A stretch of 53,850 bases of DNA from Gammaproteobacteria bacterium. Lineage in GTDB: Bacteria > Pseudomonadota > Gammaproteobacteria > Magnimaribacterales > D2472. The DNA lies in assembly GCA_965658385.1 (NCBI GenBank), contig CBFHRY010000003.1, positions 1,743 to 55,592 on the forward strand, read 5' to 3'. The position numbers were made by a program, and so were the translations under genes. The notes beneath the pieces were generated by a model that was not told the origin of the DNA, did not search any database, and saw only the letters and a program-made list of their open reading frames with translations. This document shows positions 10,430 through 18,678 of this stretch, in pieces. Positions within the stretch are counted from its first letter, which is position 1. Each line of letters opens with the position of its first letter.

Positions 10430-10674
10430 ATAAAGGTGTCTACATAATATGAGTAAAAAATTTAAAAATTCTGATAATGGCGGTAACTGGATTGGTGTTG
10501 GTACTGCGATAGGCGTAGCAGTTTTTGCCGCAACCAATGAACCAGTGTGGATAGCTGTAGGTGTTGCAATTGGAGCAGCGCTGGGTTGGCGAAAACCAAA
10601 AAATAAAGATGAAAAAGAAGCATCTTGATTTCTTGATTAAATTTTATAATCTAAAAAGTAGACAGTTAAATCTA
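10427..10674 (+). mobile_element. mini-cassette C: segment of about 245 bp with its own 17-nt imperfect TIRs and one 59-aa ORF
   Basis: tagataaaggtgtctac (10427-10443) versus gtagacagttaaatcta (10658-10674), 13/17 complementary including a perfect 7-mer tgtctac/gtagaca. Flanked by cores R2 and R3. Confidence 0.4.
10449..10628 (+). CDS. small glycine/alanine-rich membrane protein (59 aa), not in the supplied ORF track
   Basis: Hand translation: MSKKFKNSDNGGNWIGVGTAIGVAVFAATNEPVWIAVGVAIGAALGWRKPKNKDEKEAS-stop. Two short hydrophobic G/A-zipper segments and an AAAGG about 11 nt upstream of the ATG. Confidence 0.5.
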   Translation: MSKKFKNSDNGGNWIGVGTAIGVAVFAATNEPVWIAVGVAIGAALGWRKPKNKDEKEAS

Positions 10675-10693
10675 CTCAATGACAGTGGAATAA
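10675..10693 (+). repeat. core repeat R3 (ctcaatgacagtggaataa)
   Basis: In frame it reads S-M-T-V-E-stop (TAA). This is the most distal copy. Confidence 0.75.
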
Positions 10694-10717
10694 TTACGAT
10701 TAATGATATAGAAACGA

Positions 10718-11110
10718 ATGAATGAACTAAATAAACAAAACAAGATAATTACTTATATTTTTGAATTGGGACTCATTAAAAGCGTAAATGAGACTAGATG
10801 GTTTATGAGGGAAAATTCTTCTCCCTATGTTTTTAATTGCTCAGAACCCAAAACCATAAGATTTGAATGGTTTCTATCCGAAGATGAGAAGTCAGCAACA
10901 TTAATAGAAATGTTTGAAGATAGCGATGCTGCCAAACTAAGATTAGAAAATCACTCTGAAAGCCATCTTGTTAAAGAGTTTCCAGAATATTTTGAAATTA
11001 AGAACTTTATTGTTTTGGGCGATATTAAACCTGATATGAAGGATAAGTTAGCGGATTGGAATGCAGACTTAAGAGGAAATGTGGGTGGTTTTTTTAAAGG
11101 GCTAGATTAG
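10718..11110 (+). CDS. hypothetical protein, possibly ABM/Dabb-like ferredoxin fold
   Basis: 130-aa ORF. Only a weak resemblance to ABM-domain proteins (FEWFLSEDEKSATLIEMFEDSDAAKLRLENH), so the function is not supported beyond that. Confidence 0.55.
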   Translation: MNELNKQNKIITYIFELGLIKSVNETRWFMRENSSPYVFNCSEPKTIRFEWFLSEDEKSATLIEMFEDSDAAKLRLENHSESHLVKEFPEYFEIKNFIVLGDIKPDMKDKLADWNADLRGNVGGFFKGLD

Positions 11111-11184
11111 TAAAGGTTACACCAAATTTTTTTGCATACTCTGCAAAGTGAATTATGATATAGCCATATCAACTACATAAATCA

Positions 11185-12972
11185 ATGAACCGATTATTAT
11201 CTAGTTTTGTTCTGTTTATTCTTATTACAGCCTGCGGGGGTGGCTCAGGCTCGTCTTCAGAGCCAGCCCCAGTTCAGCCGCCAACCAACCCTTCAATACC
11301 CACTTTTAATTCATCGTCAAACTCTATATTTACAAATGAATCTATTGCAATAACTTGGAGTAGCAATAATGCAAGCACATGTATGGCTAGTGGCGACTGG
11401 GATGGCCAAAAAGCTTCTACTGGTAGTGAAAGCTTGCAGTTACAAGAAGCAAAAACTTATACATTTATACTAACCTGCTCTGGTGAAGTGGGCACACAAC
11501 CTGCCACAGCAAGCCTTGATGTTATTGTTATGGAGCCACCAGCACCAGCCCCAAAACTATCAAGTGTTTCATTTCTGTTAGAAGATAATAATCAGTTAGA
11601 AAATGATATTGCTCTTGAAGAACAGTCTGAGAGCGCTTTTTTTGGCAGAGTTCCTTTCAACATATCGCTAGATGGGCTTGCAGCAACCTATGAATTTATA
11701 GGCAGCAGCATTCAGATTAACGATGTTGAGCAAGAAAGTGGAATAACCAGAAACAATTTTACAGATATAGTAAATGTAAAAGTTTTGAACAAAGATGGCG
11801 ATAGCGAGACTTATCAAATTAACTTAACCAAATTTACCGGCTTGCCTATTGTGTACATAGAAACAGATGGATCAATGCAAATAGATTCAAAAGATGATTA
11901 TGTGCTTGGGGATACTAATATAGATGGCGGCAGGAATTATGAAAATTTTCCAAGCGCTTCCATGAAGATTAGAGGCAGGGGTAATTCCACTTGGGAGTTT
12001 CCGAAAAAACCCTTCCAAATGAAGCTGGACGATAAAGCAGAGTTTCTAGGAATGCCAAATGATAAGAAATGGCTCTTTCTAGCAGAATATACCGATAAAA
12101 CAATGCTTAGAAATACAATTGCTTTTGAGATGGGCTACATAAGCCATTTGGATTGGACTCCTGAGGCAGAATTTGCAGAGGTTTATATCAACGGTGATTA
12201 CAATGGTACTTACAACATAACTCAAAAAGTTGAAGAAGGTGATAACAGAGTTGCCATTGGTGACACCGGATATTTACTTGAGCTCGACCAATTAGAGAAT
12301 CTTGATTCAGACGATGTGTATTTTGAAAGCGCTGTAACAGAAAGGTTTATTATCAATATTAAAGAACCAAACCTAGATGCTGGATCAGATGAATTTGTAT
12401 ACATAGAAAATCTTATTACTAATTTTGAAAATAACTTGTTTAGCCAAAATTTTGCAGATGAGGCAACGGGATATAGGCAATATATAGATATGGAAAGTTT
12501 CATTGATTGGTTTTTGATTAGTGAGATAACAAAAAATGTTGATTCAATGTTTTTCTCAAGTATTTTTCTAAACGTTATGCCTGGAGAGAAAATAAAAATG
12601 GGGCCTTTATGGGATTTTGATTTATCTTTTGGCAATGTTGATTATGCAGATAGTCGATATCCTGAGGGATGGTGGGTTAAATACAACCCTTGGTACGAGC
12701 GCTTATTTGAAGACCCTGCGTTCGTTGAAGCAGTAAGAAATAGATTTGAATATTTTAATAACAACAGGGACTATATTCTAAATAAAATTGATACATATGC
12801 AGAAAAATTAAAATGGGCACAGGAAGAAAATGATGACAAATGGCAAACCATTGGTGTTTATGTTTGGCCTAACCCAGTTATATTTGATACTTATCAAGAA
12901 GAGGTTGATCATATGAAGGCATGGTATGAGACTAGGATGGATTGGCTAGAATCAGCTCTCGGTGATTTATAA
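11185..12972 (+). CDS. CotH kinase-family lipoprotein with an N-terminal Ig-like domain
   Basis: Lipobox LITAC followed by a G/S linker. Ig-like ITWSSNNASTCMASGDWDG motif. CotH-type motifs RGRGNSTWEFPKKPFQMKLD and PLWDFDLSFGN. Confidence 0.8.
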   Translation: MNRLLSSFVLFILITACGGGSGSSSEPAPVQPPTNPSIPTFNSSSNSIFTNESIAITWSSNNASTCMASGDWDGQKASTGSESLQLQEAKTYTFILTCSGEVGTQPATASLDVIVMEPPAPAPKLSSVSFLLEDNNQLENDIALEEQSESAFFGRVPFNISLDGLAATYEFIGSSIQINDVEQESGITRNNFTDIVNVKVLNKDGDSETYQINLTKFTGLPIVYIETDGSMQIDSKDDYVLGDTNIDGGRNYENFPSASMKIRGRGNSTWEFPKKPFQMKLDDKAEFLGMPNDKKWLFLAEYTDKTMLRNTIAFEMGYISHLDWTPEAEFAEVYINGDYNGTYNITQKVEEGDNRVAIGDTGYLLELDQLENLDSDDVYFESAVTERFIINIKEPNLDAGSDEFVYIENLITNFENNLFSQNFADEATGYRQYIDMESFIDWFLISEITKNVDSMFFSSIFLNVMPGEKIKMGPLWDFDLSFGNVDYADSRYPEGWWVKYNPWYERLFEDPAFVEAVRNRFEYFNNNRDYILNKIDTYAEKLKWAQEENDDKWQTIGVYVWPNPVIFDTYQEEVDHMKAWYETRMDWLESALGDL

Positions 12973-13012
12973 TTTAGAATCAATTTAAGCATAACAATTT
13001 GAGGTTATATAC

Positions 13013-13375
13013 ATGGTTACATTTATTTCATTAGCATTACTTTTATATCTTATTCAACTAATTTTGCCGAATGCATTAAAGGCTGGAACGGGTTATGCAA
13101 AAAGGGCGGGTAAAGCGCTTAAAAATTTAAGCGAATCTTTGCCTGTTTATCTGACTTTAGCAATCCTATCAATTGTTTTAAGTGTTGATGAAAATACAAT
13201 GCTTGCCCTTTACTGGTTAATAGCCAGATTAATATTTGCAGTTATATACGTCTTAGGGCTTGGTCTTGATAATAAGTCTAAAGAGTCACAGGGCCCTGAC
13301 AGACAACCACTCCGATCTTTTGTCTGGGCTGGATCAATAGTTATATTGATTGCAATGACCTCAAATCTATTTTAG
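13013..13375 (+). CDS. MAPEG-family-like small membrane protein
   Basis: 120 aa with 3-4 TM helices. Size and layout resemble MAPEG; the assignment is tentative. Confidence 0.55.
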   Translation: MVTFISLALLLYLIQLILPNALKAGTGYAKRAGKALKNLSESLPVYLTLAILSIVLSVDENTMLALYWLIARLIFAVIYVLGLGLDNKSKESQGPDRQPLRSFVWAGSIVILIAMTSNLF

Positions 13376-13408
13376 GTAGAAAAACATAAAAAACCACAGG
13401 CTTATATT

Positions 13409-14251
13409 ATGATAAAAACTTTAGATCATTTAATAATCGCCGTAGAGGATCTAGATAAAGCCGAAACTGATTATGCAAAAGTTTTTGGAGTCGATCCCGT
13501 TTGGAGAGGGGAGCATAAAGAACTCGGAACCACCAACTCTTTATTTAATTTCAACAACACTTATTTTGAACTACTTTCAGCAAGCGGAGATGGTCTCGGA
13601 GCTATGCTGGTTAACCATGCTTTAGAAGAAAATGGAGAAGGATTAATTGGAATGGTTCTTGGCACAGACGATATATCAAAGACTGCAAATGATCTCAAAA
13701 ATAAGTCATTTTTAATTAATGAGCCTTCCGAGGGTGTTGGCACAAACTTTAATAGCGACCAAGTTAGAAAATGGAAAAACCTTTTTTTACCACCCGATTT
13801 AACAAGAGGTATATTTTCTTTCATCATAGAGCATATACATGGAGAATTGCCTAAACCAGATCTCTCTAATTCGTCTGTGGTATCAAAATTAGATCATCTG
13901 GTTATTAACACAAACGATGCAGATGGCTTTATAAAAATTTACAAAGATGTTTTTAATATCAAACTTGCGCTAGATAAGCACATAGATCATTGGGACAAAA
14001 GAATGCTTTTCTTTAGATTAAACAAAACAACCATTGAGGTTGTTGAATCAAAAGATGATAAAGAGCCAAACGATTCATTGTGGGGTCTTGCTTGGGAGGT
14101 TGATGATATAGATGAGGCCCACAAAAGACTTTTTGCCGACGGCATTGAAGCAACATCGGTTAAAAAAGGAGTAAAGGAAAACTCGAAGGTCATTACAGTT
14201 AAATCACATTGCCATGGAGTGCCAACACTACTTATTGAGCATTTGAACTAA
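13409..14251 (+). CDS. two-domain VOC (glyoxalase/bleomycin-resistance/dioxygenase) family protein
   Basis: Duplicated LDHLxIxV/N modules (TLDHLIIAVEDLDKA and KLDHLVINTNDADG). Confidence 0.75.
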   Translation: MIKTLDHLIIAVEDLDKAETDYAKVFGVDPVWRGEHKELGTTNSLFNFNNTYFELLSASGDGLGAMLVNHALEENGEGLIGMVLGTDDISKTANDLKNKSFLINEPSEGVGTNFNSDQVRKWKNLFLPPDLTRGIFSFIIEHIHGELPKPDLSNSSVVSKLDHLVINTNDADGFIKIYKDVFNIKLALDKHIDHWDKRMLFFRLNKTTIEVVESKDDKEPNDSLWGLAWEVDDIDEAHKRLFADGIEATSVKKGVKENSKVITVKSHCHGVPTLLIEHLN

Positions 14252-14299
14252 TTATCTAACTTTGTATATTTTGCTCAGACTTCTCTTATAATAAATTTA

Positions 14300-15586
14300 A
14301 TGAAAAAAGTTGCAGTCATAGGGGCGGGGCCATCTGGAATCACCGCCATTAAAAATTTTGCAGAGGCTGGGTTCTCAGTTACAGCTTTTGAAAGATGTAG
14401 TGGAGTAGGAGGAAACTGGAGGTTCAACGACCCCTCTGGGCACTCAAGTGTATTTGAAACAACTCATATTATTAGTTCAAAATATACATCTTTTTATGAA
14501 GATTATCCGCTTCCAGAATCAGCATCTGATTATCCATCACATACAGAACTTCTTAATTATTTTAATAGCTATGCAGATCATTTTGATATTAAAAAATTAA
14601 TTAAATTTGGGACAGAGGTAAGTCATTGCAGTCAAAATAAAGATGGCTCTTGGCAAATCACTTGGAAAAATCTAAATAATGATGAAATACATGAGGACCA
14701 TTATGATGGGTTGGTTGTTTGCAATGGCCATCACCATGAACCGAGATACCCTGAATACCCAGGTAATTTTGCAGGTGAATATATTCATTCACATGATTTT
14801 AAATCTGCTAAACCATTTACTGATAAAAAGGTTCTTGTTATTGGAGGAGGCAATTCAGCATGCGATGTTGCTGTAGAGACCGCCAGAGTATCGAAGGAAA
14901 CTCATATCAGTTGGAGAAGAGGCTATTACCTGATACCAAAATTTATGTATGGATTACCCGTTGATATGTATGCGCTTAAAAATAGATGGATGCCATCATT
15001 TTTGAGAGAACCATTTACCAAGCTTATGCTACAGATTTTTCAGGGTAAAAATAAAGATATAGGCCTTCAAGAGCCGTCACAAAATTTATTTGGAACTCAT
15101 CCAACTGTAAACTCAGAGCTTTATTATGCTGTAAGGCATGGAAAGGTATCACCCCATAAAGACATAGAGAGATTTGATGGTAATACAGTTCACTTTATTG
15201 ATGGAACAAAAGACGACTTCGATGTTGTCATAGCTTGCACCGGCTTTAAAATTAAACATAAATTTTTTGATAAAGAATTTTTATCATTTGAAGAGGGCAA
15301 GGTTCCTTTATTGCATAAAATGATTCCAGCAAATATTAAAAATCTTTATTTCATTGGTCTATTTCAGCCACTGGGCTGCATTTGGCCGGGCGCTGAGCTT
15401 CAATCCAAGCTTGCTGCGAAACATCTTAAGGGTTCTTGGAGGCCAAAAAAACCAATAGATATTCTTATTAAAAAAGAATTAGACAACCCAGATGTTAATC
15501 AAATAGATACACCAAGGCATACAATTACTGTTGATGACTTTCCTTTTCGCCAAAGATTAAAAAAGGAATTAGCAAGAGCAAATTAA
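14300..15586 (+). CDS. flavin-containing monooxygenase (FMO family)
   Basis: GAGPSG FAD motif, the FMO-identifying motif FxGxxxHxxxF (FAGEYIHSHDF), and a second dinucleotide motif GGGNSACD. Confidence 0.85.
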   Translation: MKKVAVIGAGPSGITAIKNFAEAGFSVTAFERCSGVGGNWRFNDPSGHSSVFETTHIISSKYTSFYEDYPLPESASDYPSHTELLNYFNSYADHFDIKKLIKFGTEVSHCSQNKDGSWQITWKNLNNDEIHEDHYDGLVVCNGHHHEPRYPEYPGNFAGEYIHSHDFKSAKPFTDKKVLVIGGGNSACDVAVETARVSKETHISWRRGYYLIPKFMYGLPVDMYALKNRWMPSFLREPFTKLMLQIFQGKNKDIGLQEPSQNLFGTHPTVNSELYYAVRHGKVSPHKDIERFDGNTVHFIDGTKDDFDVVIACTGFKIKHKFFDKEFLSFEEGKVPLLHKMIPANIKNLYFIGLFQPLGCIWPGAELQSKLAAKHLKGSWRPKKPIDILIKKELDNPDVNQIDTPRHTITVDDFPFRQRLKKELARAN

Positions 15587-16021
15587 ATGAAAAAATCAAT
15601 AGTAGCTTTTTTAGCAATAGTTTCTTTTGGCGCAAATACCTCATCCATTGAGCAAGATGGATGCTCAACAAAACTTAAACAAGTTATGAGACCAGAGTAT
15701 CCAGCTGTAAAAATTAGTGGTTATGCCATAGTAAATTTCGATATTAAGACTGATGGTGGGGTTGAAAATATTAAGTCTCACAAATCAATGTGTCTTAGAC
15801 ATAACAGAAAAGATAATACATATAATTTTAAAAGCTGTGGCGTCTTTATTTCAAAAGCAATTGCTGCAACGCCTTACATAGAATTTAGGCCGCCTATAGA
15901 TATAAATGGAAATGCATGCACCATTAAAAATAAAAAACATCTTTATAGATTTATGGCAAACAAAAATGAAAAAGTTAGGGCTGCTTTTGCAGAAGAACTA
16001 GATAAAATTGAAGAAAGCTAA
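15587..16021 (+). CDS. secreted protein with a TonB C-terminal-like domain
   Basis: Signal peptide. RPEYPAVKISGYAIVNFDIKTDGGVENIKS resembles the TonB_C consensus. ATG overlaps the FMO stop codon. Confidence 0.5.
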   Translation: MKKSIVAFLAIVSFGANTSSIEQDGCSTKLKQVMRPEYPAVKISGYAIVNFDIKTDGGVENIKSHKSMCLRHNRKDNTYNFKSCGVFISKAIAATPYIEFRPPIDINGNACTIKNKKHLYRFMANKNEKVRAAFAEELDKIEES

Positions 16022-17322
16022 AACGAATTTTTGTGAAAATCAATTATTGCTGAATCAACAAGTGCATCGGTCTTTTTAAGTTCCTGATACAAATTAACCG
16101 AGCCAAGAGTTTTGCATCTACTCAACGCTACATATGTTTGGCCAGTTGCAAAAGCCCCTTGGCCTAAGTCGATTGAGCAACTTTCTAAGGTAAGCCCTTG
16201 GGCCTTATGAATAGTTACAGCCCAACCTAGTTTTATTGGAAATTGGCGATATGAAGAAACTATCTCTTCTTCCATCTCATCATCATAATCATCATAAATA
16301 TATCTGATCTTATTCCATTCTTCTCTCTTAACATTTAATGTTTTTCCATCAACTTCAACCTTTATGGTTTTTCTCTTTTTATCTTTGCAATCAATAACCT
16401 TACCAACCGTTCCATTTACCCATCTACCCTCGCTATCATTTTTAATAAACATTACTTTTGCACCTTCTTTAATCCTTAAGTTTCTTGGTGCAGGAAGCTC
16501 ACTTTCTTTTAGCTCTCCAAGCTCCTCCGCTTTTGCTGAGGTTGCAGGCCCATCAATTGTGTTGAGCATTTCTTCATTTATTTGATCTGCTCTATAGCGC
16601 CTTGATGTTACTATCAAAGCAGATTCTTCGTAATTAGAAGGGTTAAAGCAGGCCCCATTAATTTTATTAATTGTTTTTTCTAAATCATTTCCAAGACGAA
16701 TATTGTTGAGCAGCTCATAAAAGTCACTGTCATCACTTTGTCTAAATGAATAGGTAAGTTCATAAAAAGACGGACTCTTAATCTCTTTAAAGCTCTTTGA
16801 GCTAAAAAAGTATATTGATTCGTACTTTTCGTATATTGCTTGTTCTTCATCTTCTTTTACCACAGGCGGCAGTTGAAACAAGTCCCCACATGCAAGAATA
16901 TGGATTCCACCAAATGGTTCATCAGAATTTCTATGCAATTTTAGAGTTTCAGATATTGCATCAAGCATAGGCGCTCTTACCATTGATATTTCGTCAATGA
17001 TCAATAGCTCAAGATTTCTTAACAGTTTTTTAAAGCGCGGATCATTTGACTCTGTAATCACAGGAAAAGTATCAAAGCCAATTCTAAACGCTGAATTAAT
17101 AGTAGCTCCTCCAATGTTTAAAGCTGCTATACCGGTAGGAGCAACAACAATTTTTTTAAGATCATTCTCTTCTATTATTTTTTTAACTAAGGTAGTTTTT
17201 CCAGTGCCAGCAGCTCCAGTAAGATAAACAAATTTTTGTGCAGCATCAGGCTGAAACATTTGATTTATTTCCTCAAAATAGTCATCAAAATTTGTTTTAT
17301 CTGAGTTATGAATTTTTGCCAT
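16018..17322 (-). CDS. PIF1/RecD-like superfamily 1 DNA helicase
   Basis: Walker A GAAGTGKT, Walker B LLIIDEISMV, CGDLFQLPPV, and C-terminal TIHKAQGLT / YVALSRC motifs. Confidence 0.85.
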   Translation of the reverse strand: MAKIHNSDKTNFDDYFEEINQMFQPDAAQKFVYLTGAAGTGKTTLVKKIIEENDLKKIVVAPTGIAALNIGGATINSAFRIGFDTFPVITESNDPRFKKLLRNLELLIIDEISMVRAPMLDAISETLKLHRNSDEPFGGIHILACGDLFQLPPVVKEDEEQAIYEKYESIYFFSSKSFKEIKSPSFYELTYSFRQSDDSDFYELLNNIRLGNDLEKTINKINGACFNPSNYEESALIVTSRRYRADQINEEMLNTIDGPATSAKAEELGELKESELPAPRNLRIKEGAKVMFIKNDSEGRWVNGTVGKVIDCKDKKRKTIKVEVDGKTLNVKREEWNKIRYIYDDYDDEMEEEIVSSYRQFPIKLGWAVTIHKAQGLTLESCSIDLGQGAFATGQTYVALSRCKTLGSVNLYQELKKTDALVDSAIIDFHKNSF

Positions 17323-17569
17323 GGGCTTGATGTAATATATTTGAAATCTATTCTATCTGCATTGAAAAGATATATAAATCTCTTTTAGGCTCAAGTGACC
17401 AACACCTCTCCAGAACTTAAAACCTATCAACTCTTCCGCCAATACAACAAAACCCTTCTCCAGCACAAACACCACCTTACGGTTTTTAAGTCAACAGCAA
17501 AAGACCTCTTTTATCATTTTTTAATTTCATCGTGAATGCCTAAATTGTGAAAAATGATAAGATGAGACT

Positions 17570-17959
17570 ATGAAAACCCTCAAAGAAGTAAATATATTTA
17601 ATTGCTCAGCGGAAGCGCTCTGGAATATTTTGTCTGATGTTACCAGATCAGACTGGGTTCCTTCTGTTAACTCAATATCTCTTAAAGGCAATATAAGATC
17701 TTTTAGCATGGATGGCATAGGAGAGGTGGCAGAAGAGATTCTATTAAAGGATGATGAGAATATGATATTGAAGTACTCAGCAGTAAAATCACCAGCTAAA
17801 ATCAATCATCATTTAGCGACCATGCAAATCAATCATCTTGAAAAAGATAAATCCCAACTGACCTGGACTACTGAAATTGATCCTCCCGAGTTTTCAGCAG
17901 GCATTCATCATGGGATGCTAATATCAATTGAAGGCATTAAAAAAGTTATAGAAGATTAA
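17570..17959 (+). CDS. SRPBCC (START/polyketide-cyclase-like) family protein
   Basis: 129 aa. AEALWNILSD...W N-terminal pattern typical of SRPBCC. Confidence 0.65.
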   Translation: MKTLKEVNIFNCSAEALWNILSDVTRSDWVPSVNSISLKGNIRSFSMDGIGEVAEEILLKDDENMILKYSAVKSPAKINHHLATMQINHLEKDKSQLTWTTEIDPPEFSAGIHHGMLISIEGIKKVIED

Positions 17960-17968
17960 GTTTTAAAA

Positions 17969-18610
17969 ATGGATTGCAAGGTTTGTCGCAGTGAAGATAC
18001 TAATTATTTTGTAACCAAAAAAGACCCAAAGAAATATTGGAGGTGTAACAATTGCTGCGCGGTATTTACTGACCCCAGTCACCACATTGATTCAAAGCAG
18101 GAGAAAGAAAGGTATCTCGAGCACAATAACTCAATAGATGATCCTGACTATAGATCCTTTTTATCAAGAGTTACTGACCCACTTAAAAAAAATATAGATA
18201 AAGCCAGCAAAGGTCTTGATTTTGGATGTGGACATGGCCCAGCTCTTGCAGATATTTTAAACAAAGATGGTTACTTGGTTGATCTTTATGACCCTTTCTT
18301 TTATCCAAACAAATCTATTTTTAACAATAAATATAATTTCATAACTTGCACCGAAGCAGCTGAACATTTTTTCAATCCACACAAAGAATTTGAATCAATG
18401 GAATCTATGCTTGAAGAAAATGGAATACTGGTAATCATGACTTCATTTCTTTCAAATATAAAAGATTTTGAAAATTGGTACTACAGAAGAGATCCAACAC
18501 ATGTTGTATTCTATTCTCAAGAAACATTTAAAGTTATAGCAAAGCAAAAAAACTGGAAATATTGGATAGAGGATAAGAATATTGTTTTTTTTAAAAAGGT
18601 TCCGCAATAA
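17969..18610 (+). CDS. class I SAM-dependent methyltransferase with an N-terminal zinc ribbon
   Basis: CKVC...CNNC pairs, then the SAM motif I LDFGCGHG. Confidence 0.75.
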   Translation: MDCKVCRSEDTNYFVTKKDPKKYWRCNNCCAVFTDPSHHIDSKQEKERYLEHNNSIDDPDYRSFLSRVTDPLKKNIDKASKGLDFGCGHGPALADILNKDGYLVDLYDPFFYPNKSIFNNKYNFITCTEAAEHFFNPHKEFESMESMLEENGILVIMTSFLSNIKDFENWYYRRDPTHVVFYSQETFKVIAKQKNWKYWIEDKNIVFFKKVPQ

Positions 18611-18678
18611 TTTTAATTAGAATATAGTAGAAAGATAAAAGTAAAAGAATTACATGATTTATAAAATATAGGGGGGAA

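Noticed and set aside
8795-10693. Integron or CALIN-style attC cassette array
   Set aside because: The junction inverted repeats lack the RYYYAAC / GTTRRRY attC boundary motifs. The cassettes carry their own promoter and regulator and are read opposite to glmS. The inverted repeats sit at the two ends of each cassette rather than forming one attC at its 3' end. No intI gene is present.
17465-17485. Possible fifth, inverted copy of the glmS-end core (minus strand aaaccgtaaggtggtgtttgt)
   Set aside because: Only about 13/17 matches, and that requires a 1-nt gap that destroys the reading frame. It has the opposite orientation and no adjacent TIR. This is consistent with chance similarity.
17527-17805. 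92-aa minus-strand ORF overlapping the SRPBCC gene
   Set aside because: It is antisense to a gene with a recognisable SRPBCC pattern and has no motifs or ribosome-binding site.
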